Positions 28,787 to 39,356 of a stretch of 64,000 bases of DNA are shown piece by piece; the stretch's first letter is position 1, and every line of letters begins with the position of its first letter. Source of the stretch: Polyangiaceae bacterium (lineage in GTDB: Bacteria; Myxococcota_A; Polyangia; Polyangiales; Polyangiaceae). Location of the stretch: NCBI GenBank assembly GCA_035063585.1, contig JAPSGB010000009.1, positions 32,001-96,000 of the forward strand, read 5' to 3'. The notes beneath the pieces were generated by a model. That model made no database searches and was not told the origin of the DNA. It saw only the letters and a program-made list of their open reading frames with translations. A program made the translations under genes and the position numbers.

Positions 28787-31018
28787 TCAGCCGCCCTTCG
28801 CGACCCCGAGCTCGTCGAGCAGCGCGTCCGCGTGGTCGACGTATCGCATCACGAAGAGCACGTAGCGGATGTCGACGTGGATGGCCCGCGTGATATCCGG
28901 CATGAAGAGCCAGTCCGAGGCCATCGCCTCGTAGTTACCGTCGAACGCCAGGCCGACCAGCTTGCCGGTCGCATCGAGGGTCGCCGAGCCGGAGTTGCCG
29001 CCGGTGATGTCGAGGTCGCTGAGGAAGTCCACCGGCACGTCCGGGTGGCTCGCGATCGCGTCGAGCAAGCGCTGGGGCGCGTCGAACGGCGCCGTGCCGG
29101 TGGCCTTCGCTGCGACCCCCGACGCGACCGTGAAGGGCTGGTACACGGGAGCGTCGGGCCGGGGCCGGTAGCCGCGCACCGAGCCGTAGGTCACCCGGAG
29201 CGTGCCGTTGGCGTCCGGGGCGAGCGGCCCCGGCACGAGCTCGCGGAGCGCCGCGACGTAGCGCGGCCGGAGGAGCGCGAGCTTGCCGGCGCGCGCACGC
29301 GCGCGGTCCTCCGCGGCCCGCCCGAGCGCACGGAGGGCGAGCGCGACCTTGAGCAGTGGATCGGGGCTCGCCCGGAGCTGCGCGACGGTCGCTGACTTCA
29401 TCAGCCGGACCCGGGTGGCCGGGGACTCGAGCGCGGTCTTGGCGAGGACGCGGCCGGCAGCGGCGGCGAGCGCGGCGTCGCTCGGGTTCGGCTCTGCGCC
29501 CACGAAGGGCGCGAGGAGCGGCCGGCGAACCACCTCGGGTAGTCGCGCCGCGCGGCGGAGCGCAGCGCCGAGCACCGCCGCGTCGAGCGCGCGGCTGTAG
29601 CGGCGCGTCACGTTCTCTTGCCGGGCGACCAGGCCTTCCTGGTCACGCTGCTGATATCCGAGGTCACGCTCGGCGTCGGGCTTCGCGCGCTCCTCGGCGT
29701 TGTGCACGATGGCCACCGCCTCCCCGACCAGCGATACGAACCGCACGAGCTCGTCGAGCGCGGCGTCGGCGTCGCGCGTCCGCGCGCGCTCCGCGAACAC
29801 GGCGCGGAGCCCGGTGAGGACGTCACCGTCGCGCTGCTTACGCCTCGCGTCGCCGTCGATGAAGGCGGCGAGCTCCTCGTCGCGGCGCGTCCGCACCGCC
29901 TCCGCGCCGCCCTTGACCAGCCCCTCGAGCGCGCCGCGCGTATACGTGAGCACGTTCGAGAGGCCTCGGCTCAGGGGCGTGGACTTGAGCCGCGCGTCCT
30001 CGTCCTTCTCGCCCAGCGCGCCGAGCACCGCGAGGTAGTCCTCGCAGAGCGCGATACGACGCGGGTAGTACCAGTCGACCGCCTCGCGGACCTCGTCCGC
30101 CGTGCTGAGCCGGTAGGTGCGCCCGGGATAGCCCGCGACGAACACGAAGTCGCCGGCGGCGAGCGGCCGGTCGGCGACTCGGAGGTGCGCGGAAGGCCGA
30201 TACGGGACGTTCTTCGGCGAGAAGGCCGCGGGCTGCCCGTCGGGTGCGACGTACGCGCGATAGAACGCAAAATCTCCGGAGTGGCGCGGCCAGCGCCAGT
30301 TGTCGACCTCGCCGCCGAAGTTTCCGATGCCGGAGGCCGGCGCGTAGACGAGCCGCACGTCCTTCAGCTCGAGCCGCTCGATGAGGCGGTACTCGCTCCC
30401 GCCGAAGAAGTCCGCGACCTCACAACGCGCGTCCGGATGCGCCGCCTCGCAGCCCGCCACGAGCTCCTTCGTGCGCGCCTCGATGGCCCGATCTCGCGCA
30501 GCGTCGTCAGCGATCGCGTCGAGCCCGCCCCGGATCGTGGCGGTCACGTCGGTGAACGCGCGCGTCACGAATACGCGCCCGGAGGGTCCGATGGATTTCT
30601 CTTCGTCGCGCGTCTTGGCGAGATAGCCGTCCTTCAGCAGATCCTCGCCCGGCTTCGAGTTATACTGTAGCGCCCCGGTCACGCAGTGGTGATTGGTGGC
30701 GATGAGACCGTCCGCGGAGACGAACGACGCTGAACACCCGCCGAGGCTCACCACCGCCGCGAGCGGCGCGGCCGAGGGCTCCGCGAGCGTCGCGGGCGCG
30801 AGCGTGAGCCCTCCCTCGCGGAGCGTCGCCGCCTGCTCGACGAGCTGGCTCGGCAGCCACATCCCGCCCGGATCGTGGAAGCCCGCCGGCGGCGCCTCGG
30901 CGGCGGTCCGCACGGGCGCGCTCGCCGCGGGAGGCGGCGGCGGCGGCGCCGGGACGATGTCGAGCGGCGCGGGGCTGCACGCGACGACACCAAGGAGCCC
31001 GAGGACTGAGCGACGCAT
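28787..31018 (-). CDS. S46 family dipeptidyl peptidase (lipoprotein)
   Basis: GMWLP, GCSASFVS, TNHHC, DNWRWPRHSGDF, DITGGNSGS and AFDGN. Confidence 0.95.
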   Translation of the reverse strand: MRRSVLGLLGVVACSPAPLDIVPAPPPPPPAASAPVRTAAEAPPAGFHDPGGMWLPSQLVEQAATLREGGLTLAPATLAEPSAAPLAAVVSLGGCSASFVSADGLIATNHHCVTGALQYNSKPGEDLLKDGYLAKTRDEEKSIGPSGRVFVTRAFTDVTATIRGGLDAIADDAARDRAIEARTKELVAGCEAAHPDARCEVADFFGGSEYRLIERLELKDVRLVYAPASGIGNFGGEVDNWRWPRHSGDFAFYRAYVAPDGQPAAFSPKNVPYRPSAHLRVADRPLAAGDFVFVAGYPGRTYRLSTADEVREAVDWYYPRRIALCEDYLAVLGALGEKDEDARLKSTPLSRGLSNVLTYTRGALEGLVKGGAEAVRTRRDEELAAFIDGDARRKQRDGDVLTGLRAVFAERARTRDADAALDELVRFVSLVGEAVAIVHNAEERAKPDAERDLGYQQRDQEGLVARQENVTRRYSRALDAAVLGAALRRAARLPEVVRRPLLAPFVGAEPNPSDAALAAAAGRVLAKTALESPATRVRLMKSATVAQLRASPDPLLKVALALRALGRAAEDRARARAGKLALLRPRYVAALRELVPGPLAPDANGTLRVTYGSVRGYRPRPDAPVYQPFTVASGVAAKATGTAPFDAPQRLLDAIASHPDVPVDFLSDLDITGGNSGSATLDATGKLVGLAFDGNYEAMASDWLFMPDITRAIHVDIRYVLFVMRYVDHADALLDELGVAKGG

Positions 31019-31146
31019 GAAGCGCGCCATAGAACGGCGCGGCGACGCGTTCAACCGCCGCCGCGCCTTCTTTGCGACGGGCCGCGCGGGCGGGCCGGTC
31101 GCCGGCCGCGCCGGACCGACCAGGAGCCCGCCTGGCGCGCGGAGCC

Positions 31147-32061
31147 TCAGCTCCCCATCACGCCCTTCATCGCGGCGCCGGCGGCTTCCATCGCGTTCGC
31201 GAACGCCTGCGCCTTCGAGAGATCGTTGATCTCGCTCCACTTCGCGGCCACCGCGTCGGGGTTCATCGCCTCCGCGGTCGGCAAGACCGCGCCGGCGCCT
31301 TCCATCACCGCCACGCGCGCGAAGTAGCCGCCACCCACGGCATAGATCTGCGCCGTCTCGCTGAGACCCTCCGAGCAGAGGTAGCCGACCATCGCCGAGA
31401 CGTACTCCGGCAGGAGCTTGTTCAGGATGTCGGGCGGCATGATGGTCTCCGTCATGCGGCTCTTGGCGACCGGCGCGATGACGTTGCTCTTGATGTTGTA
31501 CTTTGCGCCCTCGTGCGCGAGCGTCTTGGCGAGGCCTACGATGCCGAGCTTGGCGGCGCTGTAGTTGGTCTGCCCGAAGTTTCCATAGAGACCCGCCGCG
31601 CTGGTGGTGAATACCACGCGACCGTAGTTGTTCTCGCGGAGCAGCGGCCACGCAGCCTTGGTGACGTACATGCTGCCGTAGAGGTGCACCTTGAGGACCA
31701 TCTCCCAGTCCTGCTCGGTGAGCTTCACGAACGACACGTCGCGCAGGATGCCCGCGTTGTTGATCACGATATCGAGCTTGCCGAAGGCGTCCTTCGCGGT
31801 CTTCACGATGCTCTCGGCGCCCGCCATGGTGTCGACGCCGTCGTAGTTCGCCACCGCCTCGCCACCGGCCGCCTTGATCTCGTCGACCACCTTGTCGGCG
31901 GCCTTCTTGGCGCCTTCGCCCGAGCCGTCGACGGAGCCGCCGAGGTCGTTCACGACCACCTTGGCGCCGCGAGAGGCGAGCAGGAGCGCATGCGAGCGGC
32001 CAAGGCCGCCGCCAGCACCGGTTACGATCGCGACGCGATTGTCGAAACGGATATCGGCCAT
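31147..32061 (-). CDS. SDR, (3R)-hydroxyacyl-CoA dehydrogenase-like (MFE-2 type)
   Basis: TGAGGGLG, VVNDLGG, NNAGILRD and GNFGQTNYSAAK. Confidence 0.92.
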   Translation of the reverse strand: MADIRFDNRVAIVTGAGGGLGRSHALLLASRGAKVVVNDLGGSVDGSGEGAKKAADKVVDEIKAAGGEAVANYDGVDTMAGAESIVKTAKDAFGKLDIVINNAGILRDVSFVKLTEQDWEMVLKVHLYGSMYVTKAAWPLLRENNYGRVVFTTSAAGLYGNFGQTNYSAAKLGIVGLAKTLAHEGAKYNIKSNVIAPVAKSRMTETIMPPDILNKLLPEYVSAMVGYLCSEGLSETAQIYAVGGGYFARVAVMEGAGAVLPTAEAMNPDAVAAKWSEINDLSKAQAFANAMEAAGAAMKGVMGS

Positions 32062-32229
32062 GAGTCTCTCCTTGTTCCGGGTGTCCGGGTTATGGGGAGC
32101 GCACCCTAGTTCCTGAGCGCGCGAGGCTCAAGGCCAGCCTGACCGAGCGGCCAGGATTTGGAGCCTCGCGCCCGGAGGAGAGGGTGCGTGCGCGGCGCGG
32201 CCGGCGGCCGGCCCGCGCCCCGCACCGGC

Positions 32230-33597
32230 TCAGTAGCCCTGCTTCGCCACGGCGCGGTCGCCCGGGCTGATCTCGACCTGCGAGGCCGTCACCATGCAGA
32301 GCGAGGAGTACTTCCGGGTTCGCACGACCCGGAGCTCCCCGACCACCTCTTCCGGATAGGCCTTCTGGTCCTCGTCGACCGGCGTCAGCTCGACGGGCGA
32401 GTCATCCGGGCTGTCGAGGAGCATGCGCTGGCGGGTCGCGCGCGTGGCGGTCTTGAGGCCGCGCTTCCACGCGTCTCCGCGGTGCACGATGAACAGGCGG
32501 TTGCCCGGCACGAGCCCGTCCTCGCTGCCGCGATCGATGAATACGATTTGCTCTCGTGCGACGAAGACGTGCGGATAGATGCCGGTGAGGACCCGCGCCC
32601 AGACGGTCTTCTCGTTCACCTTGGGCGGCACCACGTCGAAGCGCCGCCCCACCGGGCCGACCAGCGCGCCGCGCTCGATGACATCGAGCGACTCGGTGAT
32701 GATGCCACGCGCCAGGTGCGAGTCCGGGTCGTATTGGTCGATGCGCACGGTGCCCTTCACCGCGACGATCTCGCCCGGTGGCTGGCGAGCGCCCGGCACG
32801 TCCTTGGGCTTTTGCCCCGGGAGGAAGATGGTGAGCGACTGTCCGGGGGCGACCTTCACATCCGGGCGCATCCGGAGGTAGACGCGGTTCCCCTCGCTCA
32901 GCAGCATCTGATCTTCGCGAGAGCCGACCAGCTCGCCCCAGCGATCCTTCTCGGGATCGTCGATGTAGCCCTCGTTGCGAAGGAACACCGTGCCCGCGCC
33001 GACCCCGCCCCCGCTTCCCGAGCCACCGCGCGTGAGCCCGCGCTCGTGCAGGCTCGACAGCGTCGAGCGCGCTCCGGCCTGGCGCATCCGGACCTCGTCG
33101 CCCGGATAGATCCAGTGCGGGTTCTGGAGCTGCGGGTTATAGCTCCAGACCTTCGGCCAGGCGTAGGGGTTCCCGAAGTAGCGGTCGCACAGGTCCCACA
33201 GGGTGTCGCCGCGCTTCACCGTGTGGATCTCGGGGACCGACACCGAGCGGCCGCTCAGGAGCACGCCCTCGGAGCCCTTTCCGCCGTATACGGTCCCGCC
33301 GCCACCCGAGGGCTGGTTCAAGTCGAAGCCGTCGGACTGACCACCGGTGATCGGGCGCGAGCTCGACGGCAACCCCGCGTTGATGTCGGTGCCGGGCGCG
33401 GGGACCCCGTACGGCGCGGTATAGGTCGTGGTGGTCGTGGTGGTGGCCGCCGCCGGCGCGGCGCCGCTCGCATCCGCGGGGGCTGGCGCCGTCTCCGCGC
33501 TCGCGCTCTGCGCCAGCGCGACACGCTCTTGGCCCAGCGCCGCGCCGAGCGCAGCCAAGAACAGCCAGCGGGACGGGCTCGAGAAGGTGGCGCGCAT
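32230..33597 (-). CDS. LysM peptidoglycan-binding protein
   Basis: HTVKRGDTLWDL…NPHWIYPGD with a signal peptide. Translationally coupled to the upstream gene (TGATG). Confidence 0.88.
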   Translation of the reverse strand: MRATFSSPSRWLFLAALGAALGQERVALAQSASAETAPAPADASGAAPAAATTTTTTTYTAPYGVPAPGTDINAGLPSSSRPITGGQSDGFDLNQPSGGGGTVYGGKGSEGVLLSGRSVSVPEIHTVKRGDTLWDLCDRYFGNPYAWPKVWSYNPQLQNPHWIYPGDEVRMRQAGARSTLSSLHERGLTRGGSGSGGGVGAGTVFLRNEGYIDDPEKDRWGELVGSREDQMLLSEGNRVYLRMRPDVKVAPGQSLTIFLPGQKPKDVPGARQPPGEIVAVKGTVRIDQYDPDSHLARGIITESLDVIERGALVGPVGRRFDVVPPKVNEKTVWARVLTGIYPHVFVAREQIVFIDRGSEDGLVPGNRLFIVHRGDAWKRGLKTATRATRQRMLLDSPDDSPVELTPVDEDQKAYPEEVVGELRVVRTRKYSSLCMVTASQVEISPGDRAVAKQGY

Positions 33598-34400
33598 CAG
33601 TAGCCCTCGGGTATGCGCCGCGCGGCGGCAGCGTCCGGATAAGTCTGACTCAACCGCGCGAAGCTCGCCCGCGCGTCGTCCGCGCGTCCGAGCTTGGCGA
33701 GGCTCATGCCGAGCTTGAGGAGCGCGTCGGGCGCCTTCTTGCCCTTCGGGAAGCGCTGGACGACGTCGCGGAACGAGCGGGTCGCCGCCTCGTAGTCGCC
33801 GAGCGCGTAGCGACACTCGGCGCCAAAGTAGAGCGCACTTTCCGCGAGTGGGCTCTTCGGATGCGCGCTCGCGAAGCGGGCGAGCGCGGCCGCCGCCCCC
33901 TCGTAGTCCTTGGCCCTCACCAGGCCGAGCGCCGCGCGGTACTCGGCGCGCTCGGCCTCACTCACCGCGCCACTGCCCGTCGTCGAGGTCTCGAAGCGCC
34001 CGCCGACGCCGCGAATGACCGGCCGCGGCCCGTCGCCGGCGTCGTCCTCCGCGAGCGCGGCGTCGAGGTCGTCGCCATCGCTAGCGCCGTCGTCTGCGCT
34101 CGGCGATGACGGCTGGCTCTCCGGAGTGACGCGAACCACCGCGAGCGGCGGGCGCTCGGGCGGGGCAGCCGCCGGCTCCGGCGCCGGCGAGGCGTGGCGC
34201 GCGCGCGACGCCTGGCCGACCTCCACCGCGGCGAGCCGCTCTTCGAGGCGGTCCTGGCTGTTCTGGAGCCGGGCGAGATCGTCGGTGAGCTCGCCGATGC
34301 GCTTCCGCATCGCGTCCCGATCTCCGGCGCAGCCGCCCGTCGCGAGCGCGAGGAGCACGAGACCGACGGGAGTGAAGCGCTTTACGCTGACCCTGCTCAT
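33597..34400 (-). CDS. cpoB: Tol-Pal associated TPR protein CpoB/YbgF
   Basis: Lipobox, coiled coil and TPRs ending FPKGKKAPDALLKLG…YP. Confidence 0.8.
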   Translation of the reverse strand: MSRVSVKRFTPVGLVLLALATGGCAGDRDAMRKRIGELTDDLARLQNSQDRLEERLAAVEVGQASRARHASPAPEPAAAPPERPPLAVVRVTPESQPSSPSADDGASDGDDLDAALAEDDAGDGPRPVIRGVGGRFETSTTGSGAVSEAERAEYRAALGLVRAKDYEGAAAALARFASAHPKSPLAESALYFGAECRYALGDYEAATRSFRDVVQRFPKGKKAPDALLKLGMSLAKLGRADDARASFARLSQTYPDAAAARRIPEGY

Positions 34401-34524
34401 CCTGGCCCGAGATCCTAGGCAGCGGGCCGCCGCGGGCCAAATTGTCCGGGGCGAGCCGTCCGGCGAGGCGCCGGGGCGGGCCTTCTGGACTCCGAACGCG
34501 GCTGAAGGTAGGTTCGAGGTCATC

Positions 34525-35361
34525 GTGGGGTTCAAGCGGACGAGACGCGGACGAGGCAAGCCCAGGCGACGCCTCGATCTCAGAAAGACACTCTTCGTCC
34601 TCCCCAACCTCATCACGCTCGCCAGCATCTTCTGCGGCTTCAACGCCATCCGCATCGTGGCCAAGGACGGCGTGACGGTGGAGGATTTCTACCGGGCGGC
34701 GGTCTTGCTCATCTTCGCGATGCTGTTCGACATGATGGACGGGCGGGTGGCGCGCATGACCAAGACCCAGAGCGCCTTCGGTCTGCAGATCGACTCGCTC
34801 GCCGACATCGTCTCATTCGGCGTCGCGCCCGCCCTGCTCGTCTATAAATGGGTGCTCCACCGCCACCCCATCGCCGGGCTCCTCACCGCCTTCCTCTTCG
34901 TCGCCTGCGGCGCGATCCGCCTGGCGCGCTTCAACGTCCTGTCGTCGGCGCCGAGCGGCGCGCCCACCAAGCCGGGGCGTTACATCCTCGGGCTGCCCAT
35001 CCCGCCTGCGTCCGGCATCCTCATCTCGCTGGTGGTGGCGAACCACGCCGTGGGCGGCGCCCTCGGCGACGAGCGCTACACGCTGATTCTGTTCGCGGTG
35101 ACGGTCGTGCTCAGCCTACTCATGGTCTCGAGCGTCAAGTTCCGCTCGTTCAAGGACCTGAAGCTCGATACCAGCACCGTGCTCCTGATAGCCTTCACGC
35201 TCGGCTCGAGCGCGTTCATCTGGCGCAGGTTCAAGCCGGAATTCGTGCTGGTGTGGCTGCTCGGCGTGTACGTCCTCATCGGCTTCATCGAGACCCTCCG
35301 GCTCATCGCCGCGCGGCTCCGGCGAGTCGACCACCCGACCGTCCCGCCCGCCGAGAGCTGA
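34525..35361 (+). CDS. pssA: CDP-diacylglycerol--serine O-phosphatidyltransferase
   Basis: LPNLIT, DMMDGRVAR…FGLQIDSLADIVSFGVAP and RLARFN. Confidence 0.93.
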   Translation: MGFKRTRRGRGKPRRRLDLRKTLFVLPNLITLASIFCGFNAIRIVAKDGVTVEDFYRAAVLLIFAMLFDMMDGRVARMTKTQSAFGLQIDSLADIVSFGVAPALLVYKWVLHRHPIAGLLTAFLFVACGAIRLARFNVLSSAPSGAPTKPGRYILGLPIPPASGILISLVVANHAVGGALGDERYTLILFAVTVVLSLLMVSSVKFRSFKDLKLDTSTVLLIAFTLGSSAFIWRRFKPEFVLVWLLGVYVLIGFIETLRLIAARLRRVDHPTVPPAES

Positions 35362-35428
35362 GCCACGCGCGAGCCGCGCGGTTTCCGCGCCGGACCGCCC
35401 CGCGGAAGCGTGCTATGCGAGGGGCGTC

Positions 35429-37405
35429 GTGTCCCTGCTCGAAGTCGCCGACCTCACCTTCGGCTACAACGCCGACAAGCTGTTCGAGGGCGTGACGCTG
35501 CGCCTCGAGCCGGGCGAGCGCGCGGCCCTGGTGGCGCCGAACGGCGCCGGCAAGAGCACCCTCCTCCGCCTCATCGCCGGCGAGCTTCCGCCCGATCGCG
35601 GCTCCGTGCTCATGAGCAAGTCCGCGAGCATGGGCTACTACCGCCAGAGCCACGAGCTCTCCGCCGACGGCACCGTGATGGACCAGCTGTTGAGCGGTTT
35701 CTCCGACCTCGTGAAGCTCCGGCGTGAGCTCCACGACGCGCAGCTCGCGGCCGCCAGCGGGAGCGAGCGGGATCTCGAGCGGCTCGCCGATCTGACCGAT
35801 CGCTACCAGCACGCCGGTGCCGACCAGCTCGAGCGCCGGGTCGAGACGATCGCGACGCGGCTCGGGTTCCCCCTCGAGTCCCTCGAGCGCCCGGTCCGGA
35901 GTCTCTCGGGCGGCGAGCGCGGCCGGCTCGGGCTGGGCGTCGTCTTGGCCACCGAGCCCGAGGTGCTCTTGCTCGACGAGCCGACCAATCACCTCGATCT
36001 CGACACCATCCGATGGCTCGAGGGCTACCTCTCCGCATGGCGGGGCAGCGTGCTCCTCGTGTCGCACGATCGCGCGTTCCTCGATAACGTCTGTACGAGC
36101 ACGATGGAGCTCGGACACACGAGCTTCCGCGTCTATCCCCTCGCCTTCTCGGCGTATCAGGCCGAGCGCGCCGCCGATCTGGAGCGCGAGCGCAAGCTGG
36201 CCGAGGAGCAGGCCGGCTTCGTCGCCAAGACGGAGGACTTCATCCGGCGTAACATCGCCGGCCAGAAGACCAAGCAGGCCCAAGCGCGCCGCAAGATGCT
36301 CGAGAAGCTCGAGCGCGTGTCGCGCCCGGAGGACGTCTGGCAGAGCGCCGAGCGCGTCCGCTTCCGCTTCGTGGAGGCGCCGCGGAGCGGCGACCTCGTG
36401 CTCGAGGCGACCGGCCTCGGCGCCGAGCGCGGCGGACGCACCTTGTTCCATGGGCTCGAGCTCTTGGTGCGGCGCGGCGACCGCGTCGGCATCGTCGGCG
36501 CGAACGGCTCCGGCAAGACGACCCTGCTGAAGCTGCTCGCTGGGCAAGGCGCGACGAGCGACGCGGGCGCGGTGCGCCGAGGCACCAACCTCTGCGAGGG
36601 CTACTTCGATCAGCAGCTCGGAACGCTCGACCCGAACAAGAGCCTGGTCGACGAGATCCGCAGCGTGAAGGGCGATCTCAACGTCGACGCCACCCGCCAG
36701 TATCTCGCGCGGTTCCGCTTCTACGGCGACGATCCGCTGCGACAGGTCGCGAGCCTCTCGGGCGGCGAGCGCACCCGCCTCGCGCTCGCCAAGCTCCTGC
36801 TCGAGCCGCGAAACCTCCTGTTCCTCGACGAGCCGACCAACCACCTCGACATCCCGGCTGCGGAGATCCTCGAGGAGGCGCTCGCCGGCTTCGAGGGCAC
36901 CGTCGTCCTGGTCTCGCATGATCGGCGCTTCCTCGAGAACGTGACGACCCGCACCGTGGCGTTCCTCGCGAGCGGCGTCGACGTCTACGAGGGCGGATAC
37001 CGGGACTTCACCGACATGCTCGCGCGCCAGGAGCGAGCCCGGGACGACGCCGCCCGCGACGCGGCTCAGCGCGAGCGCAAGGCGAAGGAGAAGCAGGAGC
37101 GCGACGCCGCAGCGTCGAACGGCGCCGAGCGGCACAAGGCGCGCCGCGCCGCCGCGCGCGAGGTGGAGAAGAAGAAGAAGCGGGTCGCCGAGCTAGAGAC
37201 GCTCATCGCCGAGTCCGAGGATCTGGTCCGGGTGATGCGCGAGCGGCTCACGAGCGCGCCCGGCGGCGACTGGGAGCGGCTCCACAACTGGGCCAAAGAA
37301 GAGCAGAGCCTGAGCCAGAAGCTCGACCGCATGATGAGCGAGTGGACGACCCTCTCCGACGAGCTGGCTCGCGCGAGTGCGGAGCCCGCGGAGGCCGAGG
37401 CATGA
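35429..37405 (+). CDS. ABC-F family ATPase
   Basis: Two ABC domains (NGAGKST and NGSGKTT, LSGGE x2, DEPTNHLD x2), no TM segment and a C-terminal coiled coil. Confidence 0.95.
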   Translation: MSLLEVADLTFGYNADKLFEGVTLRLEPGERAALVAPNGAGKSTLLRLIAGELPPDRGSVLMSKSASMGYYRQSHELSADGTVMDQLLSGFSDLVKLRRELHDAQLAAASGSERDLERLADLTDRYQHAGADQLERRVETIATRLGFPLESLERPVRSLSGGERGRLGLGVVLATEPEVLLLDEPTNHLDLDTIRWLEGYLSAWRGSVLLVSHDRAFLDNVCTSTMELGHTSFRVYPLAFSAYQAERAADLERERKLAEEQAGFVAKTEDFIRRNIAGQKTKQAQARRKMLEKLERVSRPEDVWQSAERVRFRFVEAPRSGDLVLEATGLGAERGGRTLFHGLELLVRRGDRVGIVGANGSGKTTLLKLLAGQGATSDAGAVRRGTNLCEGYFDQQLGTLDPNKSLVDEIRSVKGDLNVDATRQYLARFRFYGDDPLRQVASLSGGERTRLALAKLLLEPRNLLFLDEPTNHLDIPAAEILEEALAGFEGTVVLVSHDRRFLENVTTRTVAFLASGVDVYEGGYRDFTDMLARQERARDDAARDAAQRERKAKEKQERDAAASNGAERHKARRAAAREVEKKKKRVAELETLIAESEDLVRVMRERLTSAPGGDWERLHNWAKEEQSLSQKLDRMMSEWTTLSDELARASAEPAEAEA

Positions 37406-38157
37406 CGCCCACTCGCTGGCTCGCGAGCGGGATTTTCTTCCTGAGCGTCGCGGCCGGCGGCCTGCCCGCCTGCCACCACGACACCGACACGGACGGCTCG
37501 AGCGATCCCTCGACGCCACGCGACGACTCGCTACCGCCGCTCACGCTGAAGGACGACACCCCGAACCTGCTCCTCACCTGGATCGACGAGACCGGCGATT
37601 TTCGCGTGGTGACGCAGCCCGCCGAGGTGCCCGAGAAGGGGCGCAAGGCCGTGCGCGTGGTCGTCACCACCGACACGCATGGTACCGGGCAGGTCGTGTA
37701 CGTGGCCGATCTCACGCGGAAGAACGCGGACGGCGGCTACCCGGTCACCACCATGCCGCGCTCCGCCTGGGACGAGAAGGGCGCGAGCCTTCGCAAGGCG
37801 CGGCTAGAGGCGCTCGCGCCGAGCGCGCGGCCACCCGCGCCGGCCGGTTCCAGCTCGAGCGAGCCGGGGGCCGCCCCGGTGCCCGGCGGCGTCGTCGCGA
37901 TCGTGTACGGCGCCGAGTGGTGCGGAGCGTGCCATGACGCGGAGCGATACCTGAAGCAGCGAGGGATCCGGGTGATCCACAAGGATATCGAGAAGAGCGC
38001 GCTCGCGAACCGCGAGATGCAAGAGAAGCTGTCGGCCAATCACCTCTCGGGCGGGAGCATCCCGGTCCTCGACATCGGTGGGCGCGTCCTCGTGGGATTC
38101 TCGCCGAGCGCCGTCGACGCCGCGCTCACCGCGGCGCGCGCGACCGAGACGCTCTAG
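37402..38157 (+). CDS. Lipoprotein with a C-terminal glutaredoxin/NrdH-like domain
   Basis: LPAC lipobox, WCGAC and SIPVLDIGG. Confidence 0.85.
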   Translation: MTPTRWLASGIFFLSVAAGGLPACHHDTDTDGSSDPSTPRDDSLPPLTLKDDTPNLLLTWIDETGDFRVVTQPAEVPEKGRKAVRVVVTTDTHGTGQVVYVADLTRKNADGGYPVTTMPRSAWDEKGASLRKARLEALAPSARPPAPAGSSSSEPGAAPVPGGVVAIVYGAEWCGACHDAERYLKQRGIRVIHKDIEKSALANREMQEKLSANHLSGGSIPVLDIGGRVLVGFSPSAVDAALTAARATETL

Positions 38158-38261
38158 CCGGCCGCGCGACCCCGCCGATCGCTCGAGGCAGAGGCCTGTC
38201 CGGGTCTCGGGCGGCCGAGCCCTTGACGGCTGGCCGGCCTGAGCATCATCCTGGGCGGGCG

Positions 38262-39356
38262 ATGAGGAGACTCGTGGCGTTCGGCCTGGCCGGGGCGTGG
38301 CTGTCGCTCGCCGCCGGGTGCGGCTCGTCTGCCGAGAGCCCCGGGTTCGCACCCATCGAGGGCGGCGTATCGAACCTGGACGCCGCACCCGAGGCGGCGG
38401 AGCCACCCGATGCGAGCCGCGACGCGGCGAGCCCACCGGATGCCGGCGAGCCCGCGGTCGAAGCCCCCGCCGAGCTCGGCCCGCCGTACCCGATCGTGCT
38501 CGCGCACGGCTTCTTCGGCTTCGAAGATTTCGCCGGCGTAGATTTCGCCACCTACTTCTATGAGGTGAAGGACGAGCTCGCGAAGCAGGGCGAGGCGCAC
38601 GTCTACACCCCGGCCGTCGATCCGTTCAACGACTCGACGACACGCGGCGCGCAGCTAGCGCGAGCGATCCAAGAGATCCTCGACCAGACCGGCTACGCGA
38701 AGGTCGTCATCATCGGGCACTCGCAAGGGGGCCTCGACGCGCGAGTAGTCGCACACGATCATCCGGACCAGGTCGCGGCGGTGGTGACTTACGCGACGCC
38801 GCATCAGGGCTCGAAGGTCTCGGATCTCGTCCTCGGGCTGGTCTCGGATCCCGGCCTGCAAGGCATCGCAGACTCGCTCGTGAGGCTGCTCGGCGGGCCC
38901 CTCTGGGACCAGGCCGGCAAGGAGACCTCGCTCATCAAGGGCCTCGCGCAGTTCGCGAGCCCCGGCATCGCGCAGTTCAACGCAAAGTACCCAGACGCGC
39001 CAGGCGTCGCGTACTTCTCCATCGGCGGGCGCACCGACTTGGCGCTCGCGTCGTCGGAGTGCGCGAGCCCGGACGCGCCACCGTTCATCAAGGACTTCGA
39101 GCGAGACCGCGATCTGGTGGATCTCCTGCTGAAGCCCACCAACACCCTGCTCGACGACGGGTTCTCGCAGACGCCGAACGACGGGCTGGTGACCGTCGCC
39201 TCGGCGAAGCACGGGACGTTCCTCGGCTGCGTACCGGCCGATCACCTCGATGAGATCGGCCAGCTCTTCGGTGACTCACCAGGGCTCGGCAACGACTGGC
39301 GCCACAAGCCGTTCTTCGTGTCGCTCGTGAGCTGGCTCCGCGCGCAGGGCTATTGA
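38262..39356 (+). CDS. Triacylglycerol lipase (lipoprotein)
   Basis: YPIVLAHG, GHSQGG, TPHQGS, NDGLV and DHLDEI. Confidence 0.92.
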   Translation: MRRLVAFGLAGAWLSLAAGCGSSAESPGFAPIEGGVSNLDAAPEAAEPPDASRDAASPPDAGEPAVEAPAELGPPYPIVLAHGFFGFEDFAGVDFATYFYEVKDELAKQGEAHVYTPAVDPFNDSTTRGAQLARAIQEILDQTGYAKVVIIGHSQGGLDARVVAHDHPDQVAAVVTYATPHQGSKVSDLVLGLVSDPGLQGIADSLVRLLGGPLWDQAGKETSLIKGLAQFASPGIAQFNAKYPDAPGVAYFSIGGRTDLALASSECASPDAPPFIKDFERDRDLVDLLLKPTNTLLDDGFSQTPNDGLVTVASAKHGTFLGCVPADHLDEIGQLFGDSPGLGNDWRHKPFFVSLVSWLRAQGY